Shown here piece by piece: positions 1 to 12,767 of a stretch of DNA of 64,000 nt. The stretch covers positions 2,046,001 through 2,110,000 of the forward strand of contig OZ296654.1 of NCBI GenBank assembly GCA_965655095.1. Direction: 5' to 3'. The stretch is from Haplodiscus bocki. Its lineage: Eukaryota. Within the stretch, counting starts at the first letter, position 1; the number at the start of each line of letters is the position of its first letter. The notes under the pieces are model-generated. The model did not search any database and was not told the DNA's origin. It saw nothing but the letters and a program-made list of their open reading frames with translations. The translations under genes and the position numbers were made by a program.

Positions 1-2460
1 TGGCTTGTCGGTGAGACATTTGGGATACACTGAGCAGCCACTCTGCTCGTGCGCAGCTTTTTTTAGTTTAAATATTGGGAACGACTGCGGCAATCACGCC
101 GAAAAGGCCTTTACGCATTCCAAGCAGGCTTTATAATCTTTGGTGTAATAACTTTTACGGTGGTAACTTTGGCATTCTTCCGCGGAGTTGGTGCCGGAGT
201 TTTTGAAACTCACTCGATTCTTTGAATCCTGTGATTAGCCTCGATTGTGGGTTTTACTTCGGCTATTGGTGCGATTTCTTAGGATTTTGTTCCAACTGCG
301 GCTCTGGCTTTGATCAGCGTAGCTGGGGGACTCCGACTGATGCGATCGGCTGCTGGTGCGACGTTCACCACTGCGGCTTTGTTGCAGAACTGCTTCGTTC
401 ATCTATGACTCGTTTAACTTCTTCCTTGATGTTTAAAACTCGATCGGAAAACAGTTCACCTCGGGACGGTGAACGGTCGGTCAAAAGGTTGACATACGCG
501 CGGAGGTTTCCAGCTGTTGGCCGTGAAGGTTCAATCAAGAATGCATCCCAAGTGCTAAACTAATTGCCTCCTCAATCACTGTTGGGTTAGATTTTCGAAC
601 TTCCCGCCGAACGACGGAATTGGCCAACCCTTTGATGAATGTGGTGAAGAGGAGCTAATTGCGCAAATGGCATCGTCGGTGTAAGCTTTTCCTGCAAGAT
701 GAAGGAGTTTCCAGTAGAAAACGGATACATATTGGCCAGGTAGCTGGCGAAAACGCTTTACTTGGGCTTTCAAAACGTCGGAGTTCGGTTCGTATTGCTG
801 CCAAAAGAGACGTTTGTGTTTTTCGTAACTGCGTTTTTGAGCAGTGGTGAGGGACCGGTAAAAAGTGAGAGCTTCAGCGGTTAGGCGGGCAGAAAAGCAA
901 TGCGGGCGCGGGTCGGGAGTCAAAGTGACGCAATGAGAAAGCGTGGAAACAACTTCGAATTGAGTGAGAAAGTCTTCCACATTGGTAAGACCTGTGAAAG
1001 ATGGCGGTAAAATGTAGAAATAGTTAGGAGCAGAACCACGTGGAGTCATTCTGAATGATACAGAATGGTTTTAGAGAAGCAAGTTTATGCGACAACTAGC
1101 ACACTTCCGTGGACATATAGTCAAATACTTCACCAAGTTCGAGTTTGTGCAAGGCACTAGCAAACACAGTTTCATCGCAATAGGTAGATATGTCCCGGCG
1201 TAAGTTTTTAGGAAGATGTGTTATGAATTGTTCTTCAGACGACTAGTTTGTAGCAGGCGAAGCACAAGCGGCGATCAATGGGTAGCACATTGAAGTTAAT
1301 GGACGAGCACTGGGAACTGAAGATGAGGAGGAAACCAACGAAAATTGAGCTGAATGACAAAAGTGCCGATCATCAGAGAGTTAACTTTTGAAAACAGAGG
1401 TGCAACGTGGAAGTCAATTCGAGAAATAGGAAACAGGTGACGCAAGTACACAAAAGTGCGAAAAGGAAACGGTCAGTAGATTGGATTGTGAATGGAGCCG
1501 GAGCATAGTTGTTTTTCGAAACCGAAAAAAAACTGGGCATACAGGTGGAGGCGTACGAAACAATACGGTTGGGGGACGCAACTTTGGTTCTGTAGGAGCT
1601 GTTAAAATGAAATGCGAAATGTTCAACAAGACGAAGCGGGGCGTGATTGTGACGGAACTTGACCTCAAAGCGGTACGGACGGGGGTGGAGCTAGGCAAAA
1701 TGGCTGCGGAGCGGGTGAACGGGACGGCAAAGCAGTCGGTAGGGGCTGAGTCAAAGCCGAAAATTGCACAGGGATGATCCAGGTGACGGCTAACAACAAG
1801 AAATGTTGGCAGTTTTTTGCGGGAGTGAGATTACAGAACTGCCAACATGACCAAGTGAGTGATTCTGGGAAATGGTTAGCCTAGTGTTGTCGGAGAAGTA
1901 TGGTGTAAACAAAGTTATTTGACGCCGGTACCGGTTGATCGGAACCTAACTAAGAAGCGAGCAGGATTTGTGTTTGAACACACGGAGAAAAATAACACGG
2001 GATGGTTAGCGGGACAGGACCGGAAGAAAATGGAAAACACCGTTTGAAAAACATACAAGGTTACCTTTTCGGGGCGAATAGAGCTACATCGCAACGACGG
2101 TTCGAAAATTTCAACAGGCACTTGCGTTAAACTAAAGAAACAATCTCAGTGAAAACACTGGAACTACGCTCAGCCGCAAACTAGCTGTTCTGCTACGATA
2201 GAAATGGAAATCGTCTACTTTAAGGGTTTTTTCAAAAACAAATTTGATCTGCTCGAATGGCGGTACTCTGCTTGAAAAAGCAAGACCTAACCTATTCTCG
2301 CCTATTGAAAAGCGGTGCAGAGTTCGAAGACTCGGGGAGCTCTCAATATCCAGCTCAAAATTCAGAGCAGTCAGAAAAAATTAGTGCGTGATGTTGCAAA
2401 TTCAACAAAAAAGGTGAAAAGAACTTGATGCAGCAGGTTCGCAAAGACACTGTCACCAAT
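1..2460 (-). mobile_element. Ty3/Gypsy LTR retrotransposon, 5' internal portion (PBS, leader, gag); continues beyond the left window edge
   Basis: PBS-like TGGTGACAGTG on the minus strand at ~2448-2458. Gag-like ORF at 576-1049. Decayed zinc-knuckle remnant at ~80-130 (C-L-E-C, frameshift, FRRDCRS). Confidence 0.75.
60..1049 (-). pseudogene. gag: Gypsy gag (capsid-like plus zinc-knuckle remnants), frameshifted
   Basis: ORF 576-1049 reads PPSFTGLTNVEDFLTQFE...RLTAEALTFY...RQLPGQYV, the typical retrotransposon gag pattern. It continues after a frameshift as TTFIKGLANSVVRREVRK (FxxGL motif). Confidence 0.75.
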
Positions 2461-3320
2461 TTTTATGGAAACTCTTTGCGTGGGTAGCTATGTTTTGGTT
2501 ATTTTGGGTGAGACTTGAATTTTTCTTTTTTTTCTAGGTGAAAAAGTTTTGTTTTTTTGCAGGTTTAAAGAGTTATATTTGGGAGATATTGACGAGTAAC
2601 ATTTCTTCAGTTAGTTAAAAACGGAATGAATTCAACAATTTAGCTCCAAAATTGCTTACACTTTCATAATAAAAAGGACTTCCAGCTGTATAAATTTTAT
2701 TGCGAACGATAAGTACTTTAAATCTAGGCCATCAATAATTGCCGATAAGCGGCGTTGTCTTAACGTTTCGTCAAACGAACAAATATATTCACTGCATGCA
2801 AGGCCAATAAAAATAAGTTTAAAGAGTAGTGGTTATACGAGGGTAAATGATCAATATTACTGCAAAACAATTTAGCACGACAATATTTTAAACTAAATAA
2901 ATTGAACAGCCTGGAAAATGAAATGTTCGCTCGTAAAAAAAGAATTCAAATGACCTAAAAGAACTAAAGTGACTTTTGGTAATTCAAAAAAATAGGTTGT
3001 TGACGAAATTGAATAAATAATGTCAGTTATTAAATTAAAGTGTTTTGTTTTGATTGTTACAGTATAAAAGTTTTTCAGATTTATTTTTTGAAAATTCAAA
3101 TTGTTTCTTCGTTTGCCATCATTGTCATAATTTGGGGAGCGTTGATTTTAAGGGCAAGTATGTATTGTTGTTTGTTGCAAAACATTCAATCATTTTAGCG
3201 GAATCCCTGGTTTGAGGTGTTACTGTCAGCTTTGTGATACAAAATCTATAGGATTTTTTTCAATTTCTTGGATGTGCTTAAGTTTAATTTCTACCATTGG
3301 ACTGTGTACAAAATGGGCGA

Positions 3321-3480
3321 GGGTATTTTCTGTTAATTGCCCCCCCCCACTGATTTAACCCCCCCACACACCATAATCGATATGCGAAGTAATAAGCGGC
3401 GTAATGTTTTAACTCACGCGCGAGTGAATTTAGGCCCATTAGAGCCGAGTTCGCTCTGCATGGGGGAGGGGGGGAGTTAA

Positions 3481-3524
<44 letters not shown>

Positions 3525-3579
3525 GGGGGGGGGGGTTAAATTATGTGTGTGGGGGAGAGATCCATTAACAGAAAAGATC
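3321..3579. mobile_element. MITE / non-autonomous DNA transposon with ~45-bp imperfect TIRs, 8-bp TSD and internal (GT)n/poly-G
   Basis: Left end gggtattttctgttaattgccccc...gatttaacccccc is the inverted match of right end ggggggttaaatt...attaacagaaaagatc. Identical atgggcga flanks both sides (3313-3320, 3580-3587). Confidence 0.8.
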
Positions 3580-5039
3580 ATGGGCGATTTTGTCTCTCAT
3601 GTATTGTATGAAAAACATGGGAAGCAAAATTTCACTCTTTAAATGTTGGTCAATTGAAGCGAACTGAAAATAAGATCGATAATTTTTGATCACGCTTTTT
3701 ATCTAGTCGGTGCCTGTTGTTTCGATGACGTCACAGATTTGGGCAGTAGTCAAATTAGATGAATTAGATTTGCTTTCAGTTGCGAACACTATCTAAGAAG
3801 GAAGCTACATCATTCATCTTATCTCTTTTCCCTTTTGATTCCTATTCATGAAACAAGATTTACAGTTACTGATTTTCAATGTAAATCAATGCCCACAAAG
3901 CTAATCTATTTTGTCCGAATTCACAATTCGTTTTTTGTCTAAAAAACTGTTCTATCCGCAAATTTTATTCATAATGCATAATCCTAAGCAAAAAGGCTTT
4001 GTTGCAAAACTCCTGCTGATTTTATAAAAACTGTAACTGAAGCTCTATTTTAAAAACCGCCTAATTTATGGTGCAATCAGTGGGTTCCAAAAGCTCTCCC
4101 TGTGAAAAAAGACCAATAATTTTGACGCACCGATAAAGTGACTATTCAAAATTGCTTGAAATGACAATCTGCAGATTATTATTTATAAACTTGTGATTAG
4201 AAATTCCTTTTCTGGAGTGAGAGCAAGGAGTGAGAGTTTGCAAACTCGTCAGAAACGCGGAACACAATGTATTTAGCACTACACAACCATTTTCTACAAT
4301 TTTGTTAATTTTTTTCAATTATCATATTTTCTATCTAAAACACTCTATTGGTCTTTCGTGCAGCTCTTATTTGAAGATGAAAAGAATCATAAAAAACAAA
4401 AAATGTCAAAAGTCATTCACGTTTCTAAAATTATCTACCAGTAACGATATTCTAACCAATTTAGTAGAAAAGCAGCAATTTTCAGTTTTTGTTGTAGAAC
4501 AAACCTCCCGCCTCAAAGAAATCAAACATTTCTTCTTCTGCTCTGTAACAACAATTAGTTGAGCTTGAGGATTTTTTTTGAAAAAACATGATTTTAGACT
4601 AACGAACATTTACTGTTGTTTGAAGTTAAGTAATTGGTTTAAAAAAAAGGACCGTTCACTGAGCAAGATTGTCTTTTTCTGCCAGTGGTTTTTTGTTCAG
4701 AAGAGGGAAAATATGTTGGGGTTCAATTGATTAATAAATTTTGGTTGAATAGATTAGGGCTCTTCTGAAATACCCAAACACCCTTTGTAGATCCAACCGG
4801 AACTGGACTCTTATGAACTGCCGCCACTCGTTTAAGAAGTTTGCACCGTAAACAACGCAAAAATGAACAGGTAGCGGCCAAAAAGAGGCCGTTTGGACAG
4901 GACAAGAAAACGAAGCATAGGCCGGTTTCAATAAACATTCTTCCTTTTGGTCAGAAAGTACTTAAAAAAACGAGAAGCCGTGAAATATACAAACAATAGA
5001 TATATTTTTTAAAAAAATACAAACATGGAAAATATGATG

Positions 5040-5140
5040 TTCGGATCATGATCACGGCATGAATAATGGCGACCACAACAAGAAACATGTCCACCATGTG
5101 TCATCGAAGCATGATCATGGTCATATTTTTCCACCTCGGG
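5040..5140. repeat. Fragment (one end) of a CATG-rich non-autonomous DNA element
   Basis: CATG-dense segment ending catatttttccacctcggg, the inverted equivalent of the ctcgggttggaaaaacatg terminus at 7116. Confidence 0.5.
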
Positions 5141-6202
5141 GATCTTTCGCCGTTGCTGAGTGGATATGGCAAATGTCATCATGGCATCGTCAAATAAAGC
5201 ACGCCGCGAATCAAACCGGTGGCAGTGGGACTATTCGATATTGATACAATTTTTGGTTTTTCAAAGATATCCACTTCTTTACCGAACTGGAGATTGCTTC
5301 GAAAAAATTGTTTCGCCGTGTCGGAAACATGAATTCCACAAAAATATTGCATAATAAATAATTTCCATCAATAAGCTATTTTCTCATATTTTCGTTAAAA
5401 AAAACAAAATGACATTTTCGGTTCATGTTGGCATGTTTTCCTCGTCGCCGAACAACCGATTGGCATGAAAACATTGTAATAACTATTTTCGTCATATTCA
5501 AGAAATCTTTCCCAGGGTGGAATTATTGCAATAATTTAGGGTACGTCGATTTTAAGCAGAATAACTTGGTGTTAGCAGGACCTCACAAGAAAGCGAGAAA
5601 GCGTGTTGTGCAGCTTGAAACTGGTCCAAAATGGACATCAACTCACAAAAATGCTATCGAAAAAAAATTTCAAAAAGTTGGTCGGGCACTTTTGTTGCCC
5701 ACTGTATCAAGAAGTGTTCATTGAATTTAGATTCTGTTTTGATACTTTTCAATTTGCGGAATCCCATTTTGGAAGATCAGTAAATAAACGTAAAAAAAGC
5801 CTCAAAGCTCTTGCTAGAAGTTTTCTGAAATTCTACTTGTAAACGTTCAGCATCAGAAATGACATGAAGCCATGTGAAAATTCCTTCTCTCATACAATGT
5901 TCCTTTTGAATCAGATTGCCTACATTAGATTTTTCACGACATTTCATCTTGCCTTTCAAGGCTGTGGCTAATCCCTTGAGCCAACACGCCACCAAATTTT
6001 GCCAGTCGAAAAAAAAGGATGCGGATTAAAAAAAAAGCATCAAAGAATTTGTATTGCAGTGAAAGTAAAGGCAAACGTAGCTCGATATATGCGTCTAGTA
6101 GTCTAGTATATGCGTAGCACGTTCAAATAACTGGGGTGCCAGTGATTTGATGGAAGCTGCAAATTTGGGAAGCAGAAAATTCAGACGGTGGGGAAATGGT
6201 CA

Positions 6203-6256
6203 TTAAAATATTGAAATAGTCTGGGACGATGAAGGACACACACGCTCAGAGTAGCG
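6203..6256 (-). CDS. Possible terminal exon of the host gene (RYSERVCPSSSQTISIF*)
   Basis: TAG acceptor at 6259-6257 after a pyrimidine-rich tract. Phase 0 matches the end of exon 6840-6913. Short and unsupported by homology. Confidence 0.25.
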   Translation of the reverse strand, partial: RYSERVCPSSSQTISIF

Positions 6257-6581
6257 CTATCGTGAAGTAGGACAAGCAGGTTCAGAGTTATTAGCAAAAG
6301 CATCCAGGAAATAAAAGAAGGACGGTTTTAAATAGAGCAGGAAACTTGCAAGGTTGGTGTTGGGATGAATAAAAACCAGTATGCGCAAAGGTTGCAAGCA
6401 ATTGAGAGTATTGAGGAATGCAAAATATTGCGAAATATTGCGCCATTCGGCTGAAAATAATTTTGCAAAAACTGACACTCTTCACTTATGCCATTAAACC
6501 TTACATCCTTACTCGATAAAGTTGTGAGCTGGGCAATTTGTTTGAAAAGTTGCCGCGTTTTTTGAACTCAAAATTTGTGCT

Positions 6582-6658
6582 GGGTCTTTTCCGTTATATC
6601 CTTTGTTTATGGAGTGATGGGGGACTAAATCAGTGGGAGGAGTCAACAGGAAAGATCC
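6582..6658. mobile_element. 77-bp internally deleted copy of the MITE at 3321
   Basis: gggtcttttccgtta ... gggggactaaatcagtgggagg...aacaggaaagatcc matches both TIRs of 3321-3579. Flanks tttgtgct / gttgtggt look like a decayed 8-bp TSD. Confidence 0.55.
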
Positions 6659-6839
6659 GTTGTGGTTACAGAAATGTTTCCAATATAAGCAGCAGCCACC
6701 TGAAATCTTATGCAAGGTTTAAAAAATTATGCCAAATGCATATAAGGTCTTCAAGAATCCCAAAACTGAATTGGAAAACTGAGATAAAAATGGTTGAATT
6801 AAGAATGTGTAAAATAGAAAGAATTAAAATTGAACTAAC

Positions 6840-6913
6840 TTCATGTTCGGGGCTCTGATGCTCGACCAAGGGAGGGGCCTCGTCACTGGGGTAGGTCGGA
6901 GTTTTGTAGCCAG
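6840..6913 (-). CDS. Host gene exon (SGYKTPTYPSDEAPPLVEHQSPEHE)
   Basis: GC-richer island with acceptor ttgtttttcag and donor GTTAGT. Open in the frame dictated by the phase-1 end of exon 11376-11737. Confidence 0.7.
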
Positions 6914-7115
6914 CTGAAAAACAAGAAATAACACATGGAACATTTTACAACCTTTTTATTCAAATAGAAAAGTGATTTCGTCACTAGGATACTTAATGCT
7001 GACGAAATCTCATCGCATGCTCATAAGTTCCAACATCACACAAAAACTATTCAAATCCAGTATTGCAGAAATTTTACAAAAAGAAAACAATATAAACTAA
7101 GTTATCACAACACCA

Positions 7116-7343
7116 CTCGGGTTGGAAAAACATGACTACCATACCATGATCATGGCGAAAAACATGGCCATGATCATGCCATGATGACGGCGTTGTAGTC
7201 AAAGTTCTTAGCATCGTGGCCATGACAACAATGACTAAGATGTTATGAAATACCGATTAAACTGTCATGGCCAGTTTGAAAACATCATGTTCATGGCAAG
7301 TCATAACGTGATCGTCACGTTTGACCGTTGTTGCCAATCCGGG
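7116..7343. mobile_element. CATG-rich non-autonomous DNA transposon with CCC...GGG-type termini (CMC/EnSpm-like)
   Basis: Termini ctcgggttggaaaaacatg and ccgttgttgccaatccggg are imperfect inverted repeats, with CA on both flanks (2-bp TSD). The interior is built of CATG-containing subrepeats. Confidence 0.55.
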
Positions 7344-7845
7344 CAGAATAGCGCGGCACTGTACCGTTATAGTTGAGCTCAGAGCAAATTTCCGTGAAAC
7401 ACTTGTGAACACAAAGGTCTTATTAGATCACATCCAATCGTATGATATTTTGACAAATCTATGTTTTGAAGAAGCCATTAAAAAAAATTTCTTGACTTAG
7501 ACCAACATGCGAGGAAACTATTCTGAGAAGTAAATCATATAAAGAAACATCAGCTCTAAGCAATCTAGTGAACGGGCTTCAAACAAAGACGCTCACAAAC
7601 GCCCAGTGTTCTCGCAGCAGCTCCATTCTGAGCGAACAAGAGTGTTGAAGTGAAATTTTTTGATTAAAAGAGTTGAAACGAAAGCTTATTCCAGAAAACA
7701 ATTATTAATATTTCTCCGAAAGTTGAAGACTTTGGACGTTTTTATGTTACGCCGCACATCAAAACACCAAAAAGAGTATGTTATATATCCATTTTTTTTG
7801 TTTGCGTGGCATTAGGTACTTTATGAGGTCAAAAATAAACTACAG

Positions 7846-8402
7846 ATTTTGCGCAAGCCCAAATTTGAACACGCCGCTATCCAATCTTTGTCAAACCGAC
7901 TCTGTTTTCTGTCCTACTTCTCATCTATCTCTCCCCGTTGGGTTTAGTCATTTCCACCCACATAAAAAGATGAAATGAAAATCGTCCACTCAACGCGGAC
8001 GTTTTTAACACTTACTTGCCAATTGAATTTGTACGTGTCCGAATTTCCACAAATGACCTTTCTGAATTCGAAAAATTTCAACTACCAAATTAAAGCGAAG
8101 TTTCCGCCGAATGAGAGTAAGATTTCTTACACGTGCGAGGATTTGTTTTTCTTTCAAAATCGGTAAATGTGACAAATTTGCTTCATTTTTAGTACAAAAT
8201 GGCATAATTTTCAAAAAAGAATTTTTTTCCCACCTAAAATAATTTCATTTCCGAAAAAAAATTTACCAAATTTGCAAAAGTAAGAGAAATTGTTGAAAAA
8301 AAATTATTATTCCGAAAAAAACGCTTTTTACTTTTTTTAAAAAAGCATCTGTGTAAAAGTTGGAGGGCGGGAAAAAATCCGGTGGTATCCGGCTGTCTTA
8401 TT
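7846..8402 (+). mobile_element. Helentron-associated (HINE/DINE-1-like) non-autonomous element, decayed copy
   Basis: Starts with the subTIR attttgcgc and ends gcgggaaaaaatccggtggtatccggctgtcttatt (subTIR remnant, ccgg hairpin, TT). This is the inverse orientation of the copy at 32614-33505. Confidence 0.5.
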
Positions 8403-11375
8403 AGTTATCCAGTTGAAAACAAGTTGTTTAGAAGAGATTTATATACCTACAAATTTGGAAAAAGTTTCCTGAAGAACTCTAGTGCGACAAAATTTGGAAG
8501 GAAATAACCATCCGCAAGACCCTTGAAAAACCACAAAAGAAATGATTTTGCGATCCACTATTCGAAGTTAACTTTTTTGATTCTCCATAAAGATATAAAT
8601 TCCTCAGAAATGTCAAAACCTTCGCGAATTTTTGGAGATCAATCTTTCAAAAAAGTTCGTTCGTAGTCAAAATTTGAATTACAACGCAAATTTGTTTTAC
8701 AAAACGTGCTTTTCTTTTCATTTCACTTGGTATGCAGCCGAGACAGGGCCAGAAATCACAAAATCTACGAACTTAGTCGAAAAATCTATTTGTTTTCGAA
8801 AAACTTCGGCTAAAATCTTGCCACAAAAATGGCGGAAAAACTGAAAAAAGTCAGCTAAATGAAGCCAGGATGATAGTTTATCAATTTGTGCAGATAGTGA
8901 ATGTTCTGGAGGTGTTTTATGCTGCATAAAAGGAAAAATTTACTTTTTTCTCCAAAAACTCTCGATATTCAAGTTTTTGAAGCAAAAAGCTGCCAAGTGT
9001 ATTTCCGACTAAAATCAAAATTTAACAATCGATGAATTTCTTATTTGCGTAAAAATGCCAAAAAATCAAAAAAAAACATCGGAAGTAAAAGTGCCTTGAA
9101 CCGAAAGGAACGCTGAGGGTTGCCAAGCTTTCTAGACAAGAAAAAAAGTTGAAGCGCAACTAACGTTGCCTGCAGGCATCGAGTAATAAACTAACCTCTG
9201 ACGAGATGCTACTCCGACAAATCGATCATCGGAAGGATGGACAAATAGCGAAAAATAATGAAAACAAACGCAAAAAAGCTGTGTCCTAATCTAAATTTTG
9301 CTGAAAAAATCTTGTCTTTTCTGTGAAAGATTGGCGCCCCGAATTTTCAGCTAACTGGCGCTCTAAAAGGGTGTGAAGTGTGAATTTGTACTTTTCTGTG
9401 AGCTTGTGGAACTATTAATGAATTGTTTTAGAAAACAATTGCTAGAAACGTTTGATGAAGTGTAGAAGAAGTGCTCGCAAGAAACAACAATTTTCCGGCG
9501 AAAAATTCGAGTGATTAATGGCGGTGCTGCTTCTTATCCTACCATGGATTTGATGAACGTACTAGTGCCAACAGTCACCAGTACTGAGGCAAAAGTACTT
9601 TAGTAGATGAATGAACTAATTTCCGGAAATTTGTTTGCCGACAAATATCATTCGAGTCTTGCCGATGTTTTTATCTAAAAACCAGACCCGTATCTTTCAT
9701 GCGCTCGAAGATTTTGGAATTCAAAGTTCGAGAAGCTGAGGATGTCACATTTTTTTTTAAAAAAAATTTTTTAAAAACAAAAAAAAACGAAACGTCGACA
9801 TAATGGCATTCTTGTTTCACTCGAAGCTCTAAAAACGACACCATTTTGACGTCTTGTTGCGCGTCAAAAGCCTTAGCTTCGCTCGCTTAATATAAAATCC
9901 TTTTCAAGCAAAACGTCGACAATTCTGGCAAAACCAAAAAGCCCAACCCAAACTTTTCTTTTTGGCCCGAATAAACTAGCTGAATTAACCTAAATAATTG
10001 TTCAGAGAACAATCCGAAGAAATCAATTTTTCTCGCAAAACGGCAATCCAGCAACGCTGTTCAATTTGAAATAGGGTTTGAAACTCTCAATTGATGATTT
10101 ATTAGCAGAGAAATTAATAAGTTTCAAATTCAGTTGTTCATTCAGCGGTTTCTAACATTAGTAAGAATCGTGGAAAAATTTTGGAAGAGACGTTAATAAT
10201 CATAAGTGTAGTTTTTCCAAAACTCTACTCAAAAAATTGCTATTTTTTTTAACTATCATTTTCTTGAGCAGCGCTCAGATTTTTGGCGAAGGGTGCTTTA
10301 TTCAAGAATTTTTTAAAAGCTAGAAATGAAGCAGTGAGCTTACAAGTTAACTCTCGAACCAAAAACGAGCATGTTTAGCCACGAAAGCTCAAAAATTGAA
10401 AGTTTTAGAGCAATGTTGTTGAAAAAAAAAAGATAAAAAGATTCTGACAATCTTGTTGAAATTACAAAAAATTTGATGGGATCAAAATCGGACAAAATTC
10501 GACAGAAAAGGAAAATCCTTCCGTATGAATTTTTTGCCAATTGCATTCTTCAATCAGCAGAATGAGATTATTTTTGACTATTTTTTTCTAATTATACCTT
10601 ATTGGATTTTTCATGAATTTCGCGTCTAGATTAGATAAGGAATAATCTTGCAGAAAGTATTTGAACTTTCAGAAATTTCGAAAGCGAAAGTCTTTGAGCT
10701 AAGTTAGGCCAGTAATTCAGATGTTGGCAGCAGCAATTTCAAGATCTCGCCATGATTTTCCGAAAATCTTGGGATGCCTAATATGATTCTGCACAATCAT
10801 GGCATCAACCAACCATGTTTTTGAAAAGATCTTGACTATAGTAGCAAGATTAAATAGGTTTTATCATCCCTATATCATGTCAGACATCATGCATCTTGCT
10901 AAGCTACCAAAATCATGGGCTTCGCTAAAATAGTGTCCCTAATCTGGAAGCTCTGAAGATAATTTAGTTTGTTTTGATTTTCAACAATTTTTGATAAAAG
11001 CTGTAATGATTATTTACGAAAGAAAAAATGCAGACACAAACATCCAAAATCGTATAGAATATACTAAGATCATATGTACTTACCCCGCATATAATTAACA
11101 TTTTTTTGACAAAAATGGCAATGCGGGTTTTTCAGAATATCAAAATTCTTAATATAAAAAAGCTGCCTGATGGAATAGAAGGTTGTTATGAAAAATTAAT
11201 TTATTTTTGATCGAGAAAAGTTGAATGATTTTCTTTCTTACTGAGAAAAAAATTGATTACTTCTATTTTAAAGACACCCTTAATAATAATTAATGGAAAT
11301 AATTTTTTCTGTCAATTATTTTTGGAAGACTCTGACCAAGATCCAAATCGATTGGAAGCTAGGAACCAGACTTAC

Positions 11376-11737
11376 AAAGGAGTTCATCTTCGGGTACTTG
11401 AGTTTGTTCACAGCATGCGACATCGAAGGATACCATGACAGAGCCCATCTGGATGGACAATCTCCGTTCTGGGTTGTAGAATCCTGACTCTACTGGGTGC
11501 GCCAAGTCTCCAGGTTGCAAAGATTTGCGTGAAGCCAACAGTCCCCCTGGACGGAAAGACGACTCCATACTACCCATTGCATCTTTGTCCTTTGGCCCCA
11601 CTGAGGGTTCTGAGGTGGGCACGGGAGACAATGAGCAGTCCAAGTTGCAATCCGAAGAAGACCTCCTCTGCATTTCGTGTTCTTTTCTTTGATGACTGGC
11701 TCCGCAACTGATTAGATTGATCAAGAGTTTAACTAAC
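11376..11737 (-). CDS. Host gene exon, 362 nt, Ser/Pro-rich (probably cytoplasmic or disordered region)
   Basis: Lies inside ORF 11359-11799. Acceptor ttcctctgcttcag at 11740-11738 and canonical donor GTAAGT at 11375-11370. Higher GC than its flanks. Confidence 0.75.
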
Positions 11738-12377
11738 CTGAAGCAGAGGAATTTTGTTATTGAAAGCATACAAGGAGGCCACAGTTTTTTCAACTTCACG
11801 CAAAAAATTATTATACTCCAAGATATGGGTGTTCTCTGTTCATAAAGAAACTAAAATAAATGCTTTCACGGAATCGGCCATGCATAGATACCCGAGGCTG
11901 CGAAAAAAAAGTATTTGAAAGTTCACTACAAAATATAAAAGTGTCAAGATTCGAAAGAAATTCCGATAAAGTTAGAAGCAAACGAGCGCCCACCAGTCAC
12001 ACATCTCTCAAAAGCTTCAATTCGCACGACTCAGTGTGCAGAAAACAACTAAATCAAACGCACGTTGGACATTAGAAGAATACAAAACATTGGCAAAAGA
12101 AACGAGCGTTGCGCTTAATCTTCTCTTTTTTCTAATATACGTGCTCAAGAACTACAACGTGAGGCACTCCACTGAAGAAGTCTCCGAAACTCTATCTAAA
12201 CCTAACCTAAAAAGAACATAGGCGTAGCGAGGCTGGTGCTTGGGCTTCGCTTCGAAAGCTGGATAGAAGAATTTTTGTTGAGCTATAAAGAATTTCGAAC
12301 TTGACCTAATCGTGAAAACTTGGCCTTGAAACTCTTTCTCAATAAATTGAGCCTTGAATCCACACATAAATCATTAC

Positions 12378-12445
12378 TTCATCAATATTGACGGTGGGTC
12401 ACTACCTCGGAACTTGAAAGAACACCATCTACAATGACCACCGGT
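12378..12445 (-). CDS. Host gene exon (TGGHCRWCSFKFRGSDPPSILMK)
   Basis: Acceptor gttttcacag and donor GTAATG. 68 nt ending in phase 2, which exactly matches the phase-2 start of exon 11737. Confidence 0.55.
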
Positions 12446-12767
12446 CTGTGAAAACTTCATCAAAAAAGAAAACACTGAAATTGCATTTTCCGATGAACTT
12501 TTGGCAAATGTGTCATTTTTTACAAGATAGCAAATAATTAAAAACTTTCCAAACTTCTTGTGGTTCATTTGCTTGACAAAAGTTATATATCCCAATCCTG
12601 CCATGGCGGAAAATTCATTCGTCACTAATGAAAATTCGATAATCTCAGAGAAAAATTATCTTTTTTTATCGCAAATCGTCGTTGTCTAATTCTGCTCAAC
12701 AACATCTGTGTCTGACCCAAAAAAAAATCCTTCATGGTTCTGTGATCACTAGTGTGTGTGGTCTTAT

